In this document: in pieces, positions 27,903 through 37,392 of the stretch
How the letters are laid out: each line of letters starts with the position of its first letter
Position numbering within the stretch: position 1 is the first letter of the stretch
Assembly (NCBI GenBank): GCA_963730935.1
Contig: CAVSTP010000002.1
Span: 672,001-736,000 of the forward strand
Direction: 5' to 3'
DNA: 64,000 nt
DNA from: an uncultured Nitrospiraceae bacterium
GTDB lineage: Bacteria > Nitrospirota > Nitrospiria > Nitrospirales > Nitrospiraceae
Notes under the pieces: model-generated
What the model was told of the DNA's origin: nothing
Seen by the model: the letters and a program-made list of their open reading frames with translations, nothing else
Database searches by the model: none
Program-made: the position numbers and the translations under genes

Positions 27903-29030
27903 TCAGTGGAGACTGATCGCCTGCCGCCGCTCGTCCTCGGCGGTTCCGGCGCCGGCAATGGACACGAGCGCCGCCTCGCGCAGCTTGAAGGATCCTGATG
28001 CCGCGACCTGCTCACCTGCCGTCAGTCCTGAATGAATGACAATCTCGTCTCCGAACATCGCGCCGCTTTCGACCTGCTGAACGTGCGCCCTGGCGCGGCC
28101 GTCCTTGTCCTGAGTGATGACGAAGACTTGATCTCCCTGCGGGCCTTTGCGCAACGCACTCACCGGCACGGCAACCGCCTTGCGTGGTGTGCCTACCGGC
28201 ACGCGCACGCGCACCGAAGAACCAGGAGAGGGCGCATGGGCTGCGCCCTCGATTCGCGCCCGCACGACCGCATTCCTGGTCGCGGGGTCGATACGCGAGT
28301 CGAGCGCCACGATCTTGGCGGTGACAGGAGCCGACGTGCCCGCGGAGACCTCGACCAGTTCGCCTTCTCGTAGATCTGCCGCGACCTGCTGCGCCACGGT
28401 AAAGTCCACGTGTGCCGCATCGTCGATCCCCTGAAGTGTCGTCAACAAGGTCCCTTCGTTCAGATATTGGCCTGGATGGACGTCGGCGATGCCGACGCGC
28501 GCACGAAATGGCGCGCGAATCGTCTTGCGGGCGATGATCGCCTTGGTGCGGGTGATTTGCGCCCGGGCGACGTCCAGATCGGCCCGCGCCCGATCGACTT
28601 CTTCCTGTGTGGTGGCCATTTCGTGGTTCAGATTCTGTCGGCGATCGAGCACCGTCTTGGCGAGGGCAGCTTGCGCCTCCTGAGCTTTCAGCTCGGCCTC
28701 TTCGACGGAGACATCAAGCGCCACTAGGACCGTCCCGGCTTCGACGATTTGTCCCGGCGCGAGGCGCACCTGGCGCACCGTGCCGGCAAGTTCGTTCTTT
28801 AGGGTGATCGAGCGCAGTGCCAGGACCGTCCCGATCGATGTCGTGCTCTGGCGATGCTCGATTTCCTTCGCGAGAGCGACCGTCACCGTCTCCATAGGTT
28901 CAGGCTGCTTTGCCGAGGCCGCCTGGCCCTCTTGGATGGCGTCGTACTTCCAAGCCGCGAGGCCCACGCCCATCACGATCACCATTATCGGGAGTACAAC
29001 CGAACCGACCCAGTGATACCAACGCTTCAT
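27903..29030 (-). CDS. RND periplasmic adaptor (MexV/MexH-like)
   Basis: GGAGG RBS, N-terminal TM, IRAPFRARVGI, RIDPATRN. Confidence 0.92.
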   Translation of the reverse strand: MKRWYHWVGSVVLPIMVIVMGVGLAAWKYDAIQEGQAASAKQPEPMETVTVALAKEIEHRQSTTSIGTVLALRSITLKNELAGTVRQVRLAPGQIVEAGTVLVALDVSVEEAELKAQEAQAALAKTVLDRRQNLNHEMATTQEEVDRARADLDVARAQITRTKAIIARKTIRAPFRARVGIADVHPGQYLNEGTLLTTLQGIDDAAHVDFTVAQQVAADLREGELVEVSAGTSAPVTAKIVALDSRIDPATRNAVVRARIEGAAHAPSPGSSVRVRVPVGTPRKAVAVPVSALRKGPQGDQVFVITQDKDGRARAHVQQVESGAMFGDEIVIHSGLTAGEQVAASGSFKLREAALVSIAGAGTAEDERRQAISLH

Positions 29031-29082
29031 GGAAGACCTCCGCGCTTGTCTGACGTAGCTCTCACCCTTTATTAGGAAGAAC

Positions 29083-29098
29083 AGCAACGTTCGTTCCT
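29083..29098 (-). promoter_or_regulatory. sigma54 (-24/-12) promoter of the RND operon
   Basis: AGGAACGAACGTTGCT (GG-N10-GC), about 50 bp upstream of ATG 29030. Confidence 0.65.
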
Positions 29099-29193
29099 AG
29101 CCTTGCACCCACGACCAGTTCGCCTAACTATCGAAGGAACCTAGAGAATTTATGACGTGGCCAGGAAGAGGCGTCGAGGTGCCGATAGCGATT

Positions 29194-29227
29194 CGCCGCC
29201 TAATCGGCAGGTGCCGAAGGATCGGCA
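29194..29227. promoter_or_regulatory. tandem palindromic upstream activator sites YGCCGA-N4-TCGGCR
   Basis: CGCCGC-CTAA-TCGGCA at 29194-29209 and TGCCGA-AGGA-TCGGCA at 29212-29227, about 100 bp upstream of the sigma54 site. Confidence 0.65.
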
Positions 29228-29241
29228 TCGCCTTGTGAGTG

Positions 29242-30234
29242 TCATGCGGGGCTTCCAGCCATTTCATGCGGCGGGCGCACGGTGAGAAATGCTTCGACAG
29301 GAAGGATGTTGTACCGCCGCCTGAGCTCTTCGACCTGCTCGCCCATGACAGGCCAATAGTCCCATCCGCTGTTGAGGTCGACGGTCATCGCCGCGCCACG
29401 CCGGATGGCGATCATGGCTTTCACCGGATCGAAAAATCCCGTTCTCGCTCCTGTGATGGGGGTCAAGCGGATGCCGACATGGAATTGCAGCAGCACGAAG
29501 AACACGAACGCCCAAGGGTCGCGCCGTTGAAAGCCCGCACTAAAGCAGGCCACTTGCACTTCTTCATCGGGCGTCGTCCCATATCCGGATAGGACATGCG
29601 CGCAATCGTGAAACAGGACTTGCTCTGCCGCTCCTCCCTTTTCACCGGGCAAGGGAAAGCCGTTCTTCCGGCAGTATTCCCAATAGGACCGACCCAACGA
29701 TCCGGCAGGATAATGCTCCAGGGCTTGATACCGACGAGCGAGGGCGGCATCTTCGTACCGTCCTACCATGCCGCGCGCGAATTTCAGGAGTCCCCGAACA
29801 CCTTCATTTTCCCAGATTTCCTTCACTTTCTCCCTTAACCAAAACCGCCGTGCCAGATCGAGACGAAGGCGCAACATCTCACCATTGAGTAGATAGCGGA
29901 GGTCGTGTACTTCGGGAGCGTCCACTTCCAACGCCCGTGCAAATTGTTCAACCGTCTCGGTCTCATGCTCGTTGGCTTTCCCATCGATCAACGAGACGAC
30001 GATCAACCCTTGGACCAGTTGATACCTGATTTGTCGGTCAGAGAGTCCTGAGGCCAGCTCCTCCGGCGTGATGGGCGTGAGATCTTCGACCGCATAGTTG
30101 GTCCCCAGGATCGTCTGCACCGACGTGAGCATCTGCCGCTCCGCGTCGTCGAGCGCGCCGTCTGCCAAGGCGACGGTTTTCATGGCACGCAGCCCCCAAC
30201 GGGCTTGTTCTGGCGTGGGCATTTTCAGTTCCAT
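29242..30234 (-). CDS. TerB-like plus Coq4-like domain protein
   Basis: N-terminal VALADGALDDAER and LIDGKANEHE; C-terminal PAGSLGRSY and HDCAH-x11-E. Confidence 0.7.
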   Translation of the reverse strand: MELKMPTPEQARWGLRAMKTVALADGALDDAERQMLTSVQTILGTNYAVEDLTPITPEELASGLSDRQIRYQLVQGLIVVSLIDGKANEHETETVEQFARALEVDAPEVHDLRYLLNGEMLRLRLDLARRFWLREKVKEIWENEGVRGLLKFARGMVGRYEDAALARRYQALEHYPAGSLGRSYWEYCRKNGFPLPGEKGGAAEQVLFHDCAHVLSGYGTTPDEEVQVACFSAGFQRRDPWAFVFFVLLQFHVGIRLTPITGARTGFFDPVKAMIAIRRGAAMTVDLNSGWDYWPVMGEQVEELRRRYNILPVEAFLTVRPPHEMAGSPA

Positions 30235-30282
30235 CTGATCTCTCTCCTTGGAGTTAATTGTCGAAGTAGGGCCGGTTGAACT

Positions 30283-31242
30283 TCATGCCGGAACAATGTG
30301 AGGGTCGGACATCTGCACGGCCGTCGATGAATGAGCAGCAGCGACGTTCCAAGCCCCAAGACCTCCGGCCAGTGGCCACACGCGTGTGAATCCCAGCTTG
30401 CGGAGTCTTTTCGTCCCTTCGACGCTCGATGCATCCATTGGGCAGGCGCAATACAGGATCACATCGCGATCGCGAGACAGTTCATGCTGTCTTGTGACGA
30501 GCTCGTCGAGGGCCAGCGGGAGGGCGCCGGGAACGCCCGGCTCTTCCTGGCGCGCTGCGAACGAACGAAGGTCCACGATCACCGGAGTTTCTCCGGCCGC
30601 AAGTTTGTCGGTCAGCTGGCGGACCGTCATGCGTGGAACGCGATGGTCTGCACGATACCGATTGACCGCCTTGTAGACGACATACCCGATGATCGCCGTG
30701 AACACAGCCAGACCGACCGTCGGACCGATTTGGGCACTCATGACCAAGGCCTGCTCGAGCTGGTCGCTGAACGCCATCCCCAGAGCGATCCCTGTTCCAA
30801 CCCACAGCAGGGTACCCAGGCCATTGAACAGGAGGTACTGCGGCACCGAGAGTCCCACAATGCCAGCGAGCGGCGGGGCAATCGTGCTGAAGCCAGGGAC
30901 GAATTTCGCGACGATCAGCGAACGGACACCATGACGTGCAAAGAAGTCTTCCGTCCGGCGGACGCAGCTCGTCGGCTCCAACGAAATGCGGCAAAGCCAG
31001 TTCAACACCAGCCGGCCTCGGCGGCGGCCGAGTTCGAACCAGAGTTGATCACCCGCCATCGCGGCGAGAATGGCTGAGACAACAGCCATGCCCAGCCCCA
31101 TCTGCCCCGTGCCAACCAAGGCGCCTGCGGCAATCAAAAACGGCAACGCCGGTAGGGGAAGTCCGATCTGCTCGGCGAAAACTGCCGCCGCAAGTACCAG
31201 TGCACCATGTTGGCTCAGAAAGCTTATGGTCTCGTTCATCAT
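30283..31242 (-). CDS. DedA (VTT) plus rhodanese fusion protein
   Basis: EQIGLPLPA, GDQLWFELGR, AKFVPG; rhodanese VDLRS...LYCACP...LAGGLGAW. Confidence 0.9.
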   Translation of the reverse strand: MMNETISFLSQHGALVLAAAVFAEQIGLPLPALPFLIAAGALVGTGQMGLGMAVVSAILAAMAGDQLWFELGRRRGRLVLNWLCRISLEPTSCVRRTEDFFARHGVRSLIVAKFVPGFSTIAPPLAGIVGLSVPQYLLFNGLGTLLWVGTGIALGMAFSDQLEQALVMSAQIGPTVGLAVFTAIIGYVVYKAVNRYRADHRVPRMTVRQLTDKLAAGETPVIVDLRSFAARQEEPGVPGALPLALDELVTRQHELSRDRDVILYCACPMDASSVEGTKRLRKLGFTRVWPLAGGLGAWNVAAAHSSTAVQMSDPHIVPA

Positions 31243-31258
31243 GGACTCCCTTAACTCA

Positions 31259-31678
31259 TCAGAGGAATTGTTCAGCGGCGTAACGGGCAATCGCGCCAAT
31301 TCGATGATCGTCGTTCGGACGGCCCGGCAGGCCGCTGATCAATCGTGATCGGTTCAATTCAACAATGACGCGTCCCAACACCCATTGGACGCTGCTTGGA
31401 TCCAGTTTGGACACTCCCTCGAGGAGCTGCGCGGCGCTTCCGGCTTCAATGGAATGCTGCCGGATCAGCGCATCTTCGACGATGGCCTGCCCCAGTATCG
31501 GCTGAATCCAGCGCATTGTGAGGTTGTAGTCCGAAGAACGTTCGATCATCACGTTTGTCTCCATCGCGCCAAACGTCACCGGCGTAAAGAGAAAGAACAG
31601 GCACACCAAAATGCCGGCAATCGTGGCCATCATGCCGACCAGCGTGAACAGATCCGTTGTAGGGCTAATCCGGTCCAT
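31259..31678 (-). CDS. hypothetical single-TM protein
   Basis: GGAGG RBS, N-terminal TM; first gene after the sigma54 promoter. Confidence 0.6.
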   Translation of the reverse strand: MDRISPTTDLFTLVGMMATIAGILVCLFFLFTPVTFGAMETNVMIERSSDYNLTMRWIQPILGQAIVEDALIRQHSIEAGSAAQLLEGVSKLDPSSVQWVLGRVIVELNRSRLISGLPGRPNDDHRIGAIARYAAEQFL

Positions 31679-31731
31679 ACGTCCTCCGTCGTCTCGCATC
31701 TCAACTCGACTCTGCTGACAATGGGGCCTTC

Positions 31732-31747
31732 AGCAAGTCACGTTCCA
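31732..31747 (-). promoter_or_regulatory. sigma54 (-24/-12) promoter
   Basis: TGGAACGTGACTTGCT, close to the TGGCAC-N5-TTGCW consensus. Confidence 0.75.
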
Positions 31748-31855
31748 CCGACGTAGACATATTGCCTAGCGATACAAATTGCTGATCTTGCAGAGGAAGA
31801 AGTTGGTGCGGGCTTACTGGGCGTGAGAGACGAGACGAAGCGGAAGGGCTTTTGG

Positions 31856-31890
31856 TGCCGAGATCTCGGCGCGCTGCCGAAACCTCGGCG
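31856..31890. promoter_or_regulatory. tandem palindromic upstream activator sites
   Basis: TGCCGA-GATC-TCGGCG at 31856-31871 and TGCCGA-AACC-TCGGCG at 31875-31890, about 110 bp upstream of the sigma54 site. Confidence 0.7.
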
Positions 31891-34473
31891 TCACTGTGGG
31901 CGCATGATGCCGAGCTTCTGCATCTTGGACTGGAGCGTCGTGCGCTTCATGCCCAGTTTGGCTGCCGCGCCAGCAGAGCCGCCGATCGTCCACTTCGCTT
32001 CGCGCAGCGCTTTGAGGATATGCTCTCGCTCCGCATCTTCGAGTGTCTTCAATGATCCGTTCGAGGGCGGAGACAGCACTTTGAGCTCGGACAGCGGGGC
32101 TCTCAGATCGGAACCTGACGTTAAAATCACCGCGCGTTCGATGAAATTCTCCAACTCGCGCACATTACCGGGCCACGGATAGGCCTGAAGTGCCTTCATG
32201 GCTTCTGCCGGAATCGTCTCGATGCGTTTTTTCATCCGCAGCGCAAATTTCTGAGCGAAGTGCCGCACCAGTGCGGGAATGTCCTCGGCCCGCTCGCGCA
32301 ATGGAGGAAGCATGATGGGGAAGACTTTCAGTCGGTAATAGAGATCGCTGCGAAATCTCTGTTCCTCGACCATGTGCTCGAGGTCGCGATTGGTTGCCGC
32401 GACAACCCGCACGTTGACGCGCATCGTCCTCGTGCTGCCCAACCGCTCGAACTCCTGTTCCTGCAATACCCGGAGCAATTTGACCTGCAGTTCGAGAGGG
32501 ATCTCTCCCACTTCGTCGAGGAACAGCGTACCTCGATCGGCCGTTTCAAAGCGTCCGATCTTGGTCGCAATGGCTCCGGTGAAGGCGCCCCTTTCATGTC
32601 CGAAGAGTTCGCTTTCCAGCAAGCCTGTGGGGATGGCCGCACAATTGAGCTTCACGAAGGTCCGTTCCCGTCGATCGCTGAGATTGTGCAGCGCCCGAGC
32701 GATGAGCTCTTTTCCGCTGCCGGTCTCACCGAGAATCAAGACCGTCGACGCCGTGGCGGCAACCGTTTGCACTTCCTTCAGCACGCGCCGTAGTGTCTGG
32801 CTGTCGCCCACAATCTCCTGAAAGTTGTACTCAGTCTGGATTTCCTCCTGGAGGTACAGCTTCTCCTCGGTCAACTTGTCCTTGAGTCGCGCGATCTGCT
32901 TGAAGGCCAGCGCGTTTTCCACCGCGATGGCCACCTGCGCGCCGATCTGGGTGAGTAGTTCCGCGTCGTCTTGGCTGAACGCGTCCTCCTGCATGCTGAC
33001 CACGCTGAGCGTGCCGAGCACCTTTCCGTGGGAAATCAGCGGGACGGCGCATCCCGACCTTAAGCCGGCCGCTTCGGCCCGTTTGACGATCTCGGCGGGA
33101 AATTCGGCCGTGTCCAGATTCCGGATCAGCACGGTCTGGCGGGACGTAAATGCTTTGCCTTCCGGCGTGCCCTCGAGCGGAATGGCATCGCCGGTCTCGA
33201 CAAAATCCTGGTTGCGCGGAAAGTCCAACGCATGCGCCGACAGCCGCTGCGTATCGTGATCAAAGAGCGCGAAGCCCGCCAAGTCGTGGGGCACCACCCG
33301 GCTCAAGCTGACCGAGATGGCCTTCAATAGTTGGCGCAATTCGAGGTGAGCAATTACGGCATTGTTGACCTCGAGCAACAGACGCTGCCGATCCCGCTCG
33401 TGGGCGAGCTGTCGCTGATAGGCTATGGCCGCTTCTGAATTGAAGGCGTTATCTATCGCCACTGCGACCTGTTTCGCCACCTGCTGCATGAACTGGAGAT
33501 CGGCGTCCTGATAGGTCCTTAACTGCAAGCTTCCGAATCCCATGGCGCCCAACCGTCGCTGTGCCGTCGTCAGCGGGACTGCACAGAACGAATTCACGCC
33601 GTTCTCACGCAGGATGGACATCAACTTGGGGAAGCGGTGTTCCTGCGACAGATCGTTGACGGTGAGCGGCTGCTGATGCGTCCAAACCCATCCGCCGGGG
33701 GATTCCTCCACAGGCATTTCCAAGCCGGGGCTGATGGTACTGGGGACCGAGGCCACCAAGAGCCACAGCCGCATCACGTTGCGCGTGGGTTCGTGCAGCA
33801 CGACGTTGATGTAGTCGAACGGCACGATGGAGGGCAGACGTTGGGCGAGATCCTGGAGCAACTCCCCAAGATCCCGATGCGACGCGATGGATTCCGTGAC
33901 TTCCAGGAGGAGACGCAAGCGATCCCGGTCATGAACCAAGTCCTGATGGTGCAACACATTGTCTACGGCCACTGCGACCTGTTTGCCCACCTCTTGGAGA
34001 AACTCCAGGTCGCCGACGCCATACGCGTGTTTGCGCAGGCTCGCAAAGCCCATGGCACCCAGCTGCCGCACGGCCGTCGTCAGCGGGACGACACAGAACG
34101 AGTTGATGCCGTCCTCCTGCATCCGCTGAGTCACATTGGGCCAGCGCGCTTCCTCCGTCAGGTCCGGCACGAGGATTGGCTGTTGCGATTGCCAGACCGA
34201 ACCGGCGGGCGTTTCGTCGAGAGGCTCTTCATGGCCGCCGACAAGATCGGCCGGCACGTTGGCTTGGATCGTCTGCAGTCGCATCCGATTTCTCGCGGGG
34301 TCGTGGAGCGAGAGGGACACAAAATTCACCTGCACGACACGGGGAAGACGCCTGGCAAGATCGCGAAACAATTCGTGCAGATCGCGATGGGCGGAAATCG
34401 CTTCTGCTACTTCAAGCAGAGCCTGGTAGCGCTCTGCGACAGTCTCGCAGGGAGAGAAGGAGTCACGATCCAT
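31891..34473 (-). CDS. sigma54-dependent activator, FhlA-like, with three GAF domains
   Basis: Three similar GAF repeats, [40 protein letters not shown]-terminal Fis-type HTH. Confidence 0.95.
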   Translation of the reverse strand: MDRDSFSPCETVAERYQALLEVAEAISAHRDLHELFRDLARRLPRVVQVNFVSLSLHDPARNRMRLQTIQANVPADLVGGHEEPLDETPAGSVWQSQQPILVPDLTEEARWPNVTQRMQEDGINSFCVVPLTTAVRQLGAMGFASLRKHAYGVGDLEFLQEVGKQVAVAVDNVLHHQDLVHDRDRLRLLLEVTESIASHRDLGELLQDLAQRLPSIVPFDYINVVLHEPTRNVMRLWLLVASVPSTISPGLEMPVEESPGGWVWTHQQPLTVNDLSQEHRFPKLMSILRENGVNSFCAVPLTTAQRRLGAMGFGSLQLRTYQDADLQFMQQVAKQVAVAIDNAFNSEAAIAYQRQLAHERDRQRLLLEVNNAVIAHLELRQLLKAISVSLSRVVPHDLAGFALFDHDTQRLSAHALDFPRNQDFVETGDAIPLEGTPEGKAFTSRQTVLIRNLDTAEFPAEIVKRAEAAGLRSGCAVPLISHGKVLGTLSVVSMQEDAFSQDDAELLTQIGAQVAIAVENALAFKQIARLKDKLTEEKLYLQEEIQTEYNFQEIVGDSQTLRRVLKEVQTVAATASTVLILGETGSGKELIARALHNLSDRRERTFVKLNCAAIPTGLLESELFGHERGAFTGAIATKIGRFETADRGTLFLDEVGEIPLELQVKLLRVLQEQEFERLGSTRTMRVNVRVVAATNRDLEHMVEEQRFRSDLYYRLKVFPIMLPPLRERAEDIPALVRHFAQKFALRMKKRIETIPAEAMKALQAYPWPGNVRELENFIERAVILTSGSDLRAPLSELKVLSPPSNGSLKTLEDAEREHILKALREAKWTIGGSAGAAAKLGMKRTTLQSKMQKLGIMRPQ

Positions 34474-34525
34474 AAGCGGTTAGTATGGCCTATCGATCCG
34501 CGATGACTCAAGGGGGGAGGATCAG

Positions 34526-34972
34526 TCAGAGGCGTAGCGCTTTGATCGGCGACAAGACGGCAGCCGGGTTCGCTTTCCACAAGGCTTCATCGGCATCGAC
34601 ATAGAGTTCCACTTCATTGCCATCCGGATCACTCACGTACAGACTTTGACTGACCGTGTGATCGCTCATGCCGTCGATCGGCACCCCAGCCTCTTCCAAC
34701 TCGCGCTTGGCGCGGCGCAGGTCATCCAGATTGTCGCCGACCTTGATGCCGATGTGGTACAGACCTCGCCGGCGTCCCGGCGGTGGCCCTGGCGCATCGC
34801 CCACTTGGATCAGCAGCAGCTCGTGGTGCGTGCGGCCCGAGGTCAACGCGGCGGCTGCCCCATTGAAGATTCGACCTACTTCCTTGAATCCCAACAGGTC
34901 ACGATAAAACCCTAGTGACTGGTCCAGGTCTTTGACATAGAACACGACGTGGCCGAGATATTGGGCTTTCAT
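34526..34972 (-). CDS. VOC/glyoxalase family protein
   Basis: LGHVVFYVKD, GLYHIG, SLYVSDPDGNEVELY. Confidence 0.9.
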   Translation of the reverse strand: MKAQYLGHVVFYVKDLDQSLGFYRDLLGFKEVGRIFNGAAAALTSGRTHHELLLIQVGDAPGPPPGRRRGLYHIGIKVGDNLDDLRRAKRELEEAGVPIDGMSDHTVSQSLYVSDPDGNEVELYVDADEALWKANPAAVLSPIKALRL

Positions 34973-35002
34973 CACGTCCTCCGTTCGGGCGGTCTCGCCG
35001 CA

Positions 35003-35446
35003 TCAGGTGGCTGTTCCATGCCGCCGCTTCGTGTTGCCGCGACCGAAGGCCAGACCGGTTTTTTGCACTTCTTGGTAGGGAAGCAGCCAGACCAAGGACT
35101 CGTCCGAAAGGTCTCCGACTTGGATGCGGTTCCCCCATGGATCACGAAAATCGCAGCGGAAGTCCGGGTGCAATTTGAGTTTGTACTTTTTCGTGAGCTT
35201 GCGCCTCACTTCCTCGATTTGGGCGGCATCCCGCACCATCAGGCCAAAATGCTTCACGCGGTCGGGCTGCAATTTCTCCACTTCAAAAATCGCCATGAAT
35301 TGGTGCTCGCCCAGCTTGCACCAGGCCGCTCCTTCACCGCCTCGCAACATTTTCAATCCGAAGACATCCGAGTAAAACTTGACGGCCTTTTTGGCGTCGG
35401 TCACCTCAATGACGATATGGTTGCAGCCATACACCTGTACGGACAT
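35003..35446 (-). CDS. VOC family protein
   Basis: NHIVIEVTD..FY..VFGL, HFGL, FRDPWGNRIQ. Confidence 0.88.
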   Translation of the reverse strand: MSVQVYGCNHIVIEVTDAKKAVKFYSDVFGLKMLRGGEGAAWCKLGEHQFMAIFEVEKLQPDRVKHFGLMVRDAAQIEEVRRKLTKKYKLKLHPDFRCDFRDPWGNRIQVGDLSDESLVWLLPYQEVQKTGLAFGRGNTKRRHGTAT

Positions 35447-35449
35447 CGT

Positions 35450-36106
35450 TTACTTCCTGCTCAGAAGGCCTTCCGCCTGCTGCGAATGGATTTTCTCAAT
35501 GGCGCCGACAAACACGTCGACCGGCTGCGCGCCAGAAATGCCGTAGCGGTTGTTCATCACAAAGTAGGGGACGGCGCGGATGCCGAGCCGGTGTCCCGCT
35601 GCTTCTTCTGCTTTCACGTCGGCGGCTCCTTCATCAGTCGCGAGAAAACGGGCCGCGTCTAACCCGGCCGACTCGGCCAGGCTGGCCAACACTGAGGGCA
35701 ATCCGATATCGGCGCCCTGCTCAAAATATCCTCTGAAAAGAGCGTCCACGACCGCATCCTGACGTCCCTGCTGTGCCGCATACCAGATTAGGCGATGGGC
35801 CAAGAACGTATTCGGCGTCTTGATGATCTTCTCGAATGCGAACGGGATCCGCTCGGCGACTCCAGCCGCGGTGACCTGCTCTTCGAGACGGCGGAAGGCA
35901 TCGAGACTGCCGAACTTTGCTTCGAGGTATGCGGTCCGATCCATTCCTTCCGCAGGCATCGCAGGATTCAACTGAAACGGCCGCCATGTGACCTGCCTTG
36001 GTACGGTCGGAAGCTGAGAAAGGGCGCGCTCCAACCGCCGCTTCCCAACGTAACACCAGGGACAGACCACATCAGAATAAATGTCGATGGTCAACGAGCC
36101 GTTCAT
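35450..36106 (-). CDS. DsbA family oxidoreductase (FrnE-like)
   Basis: SDVVCPWCYVG, PFQLNP, AVPYF, SGAQP. Confidence 0.93.
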   Translation of the reverse strand: MNGSLTIDIYSDVVCPWCYVGKRRLERALSQLPTVPRQVTWRPFQLNPAMPAEGMDRTAYLEAKFGSLDAFRRLEEQVTAAGVAERIPFAFEKIIKTPNTFLAHRLIWYAAQQGRQDAVVDALFRGYFEQGADIGLPSVLASLAESAGLDAARFLATDEGAADVKAEEAAGHRLGIRAVPYFVMNNRYGISGAQPVDVFVGAIEKIHSQQAEGLLSRK

Positions 36107-36987
36107 GACAAATGTCCCATCCTCCCAGCCTGATAATCCTCCGCCGCCTTTACCAGTTCGGCCCTCGTGTTCATGACAAACGGACCATAGCGGGCAATCG
36201 GCTCGTCGATCGGCTTGCCGCTCATGATCAAGATGCGGCTGTCCTGTTTGGCTTCAAGGACAACAAGGGATCCCTGGCGCTTCAACACGACCAATTCGGC
36301 TTCTCCGGCTGGTTTGGCACCGTTGACCGAAACACCCCCTTGAAGCACAAAAACCGACGTGCTCTGTCCCTCAGGGAGCGTCAACTCGACTCGCGCACCG
36401 GCTTGCAGCTGAAGGTCGTAGAGTTCGACCGGTGTAAACGTCCGCGCCGGTCCTTTCTGTCCCTGAAACGTCCCTGCGATGACCCGCAGGCGGCCCGCCC
36501 CATGCTCGAGAGCAACGGCCGGAATGTCGGCATCAAGCAGCGTTTGGTACCTCGGCGCCGACATTTTCTGCGCTTGTGGAAGATTCACCCACAATTGAAT
36601 CGCTTGAAATGTGCCGCCTTGTTTCGCCCACTGGGTTTCATGCAATTCCTCGTGCACGACACCCGAGGCGGCCGTCATCCACTGGACGTCTCCGGGACCG
36701 ATCACGCCGGCGTTGCCTGCCGAATCCCGGTGGGCCACCGCGCCGTCATACATGATGGTGACCGTCTCAAATCCGCGATGGGGATGTTCGCCAACTCCCC
36801 GCGGGTGGTCGGTCGCCGGAAAATGCTGCGGGCCGGCGTAGTCCAGCATGAGAAACGGGTCGACGGATCGATCCAAATCGTTGCTCGGAAAAAGGTTGCG
36901 CACGGGGAAGCCGTCGCCGACCATATGCGTTGATCCGGGTTGATAGATGCCCAAAACCTCCTTCGCCGTCGTTACGTCCGTTGTCAT
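36103..36987 (-). CDS. pirin family protein
   Basis: DPFLMLD, HPHRGFETVT, QWMTAASGVVHEE, GPFVMN; AAGGAGG RBS. Confidence 0.95.
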   Translation of the reverse strand: MTTDVTTAKEVLGIYQPGSTHMVGDGFPVRNLFPSNDLDRSVDPFLMLDYAGPQHFPATDHPRGVGEHPHRGFETVTIMYDGAVAHRDSAGNAGVIGPGDVQWMTAASGVVHEELHETQWAKQGGTFQAIQLWVNLPQAQKMSAPRYQTLLDADIPAVALEHGAGRLRVIAGTFQGQKGPARTFTPVELYDLQLQAGARVELTLPEGQSTSVFVLQGGVSVNGAKPAGEAELVVLKRQGSLVVLEAKQDSRILIMSGKPIDEPIARYGPFVMNTRAELVKAAEDYQAGRMGHLS

Positions 36988-37009
36988 GATGTCCTCCTTG
37001 CCGATCGCC

Positions 37010-37326
37010 TTACGGCTCGATTCTCTCGGCCACGACTCGGTCAACCGACCATCGACCGCCTCCTCTGATTAAGAGCGCAGCCGCAATCCCGATGACCAAT
37101 AAATGATACTCATCGCCTTCTAATGGCTCCCAGCATGATAACGGCCAGGCTGGCAACCGCAAACCTGGTGAGAAACCCAGCCAGAAGCCCCAGGCTGCCG
37201 AACGACTCCAGTCCCATCCTTTGCGTGAAGGAGCCCATGGTGCCCTCAAAGCCGAAGCCGCCGAACTATCCCAGCAGTTTCTGGGCGCCATGAGGGACCG
37301 TCGTCGGTCTGAAAGAGCGCCTTCAT
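37010..37326 (-). pseudogene. DoxX family pseudogene
   Basis: AAGGAGG plus MKALFQTDD, then frameshifted PHGAQKLLG*FGGFGFEGTM...ESFGSLGLLAGFLTR, then a second frameshift to EGDEYHLL...GGGRWSVD. Confidence 0.85.
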
Positions 37327-37358
37327 GGCTACCTCCTTGTCAGTGCCTCACTACCGGG

Positions 37359-37387
37359 AAGATAGTTCTAGTTAGAACCAAAGTCAA
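37359..37387 (-). promoter_or_regulatory. sigma70 promoter with operator palindrome
   Basis: TTGACT-17-TATCTT; palindrome GTTCTA-N2-TAGAAC (37365-37378) lies in the spacer. Confidence 0.7.
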
Positions 37388-37392
37388 GGGCG

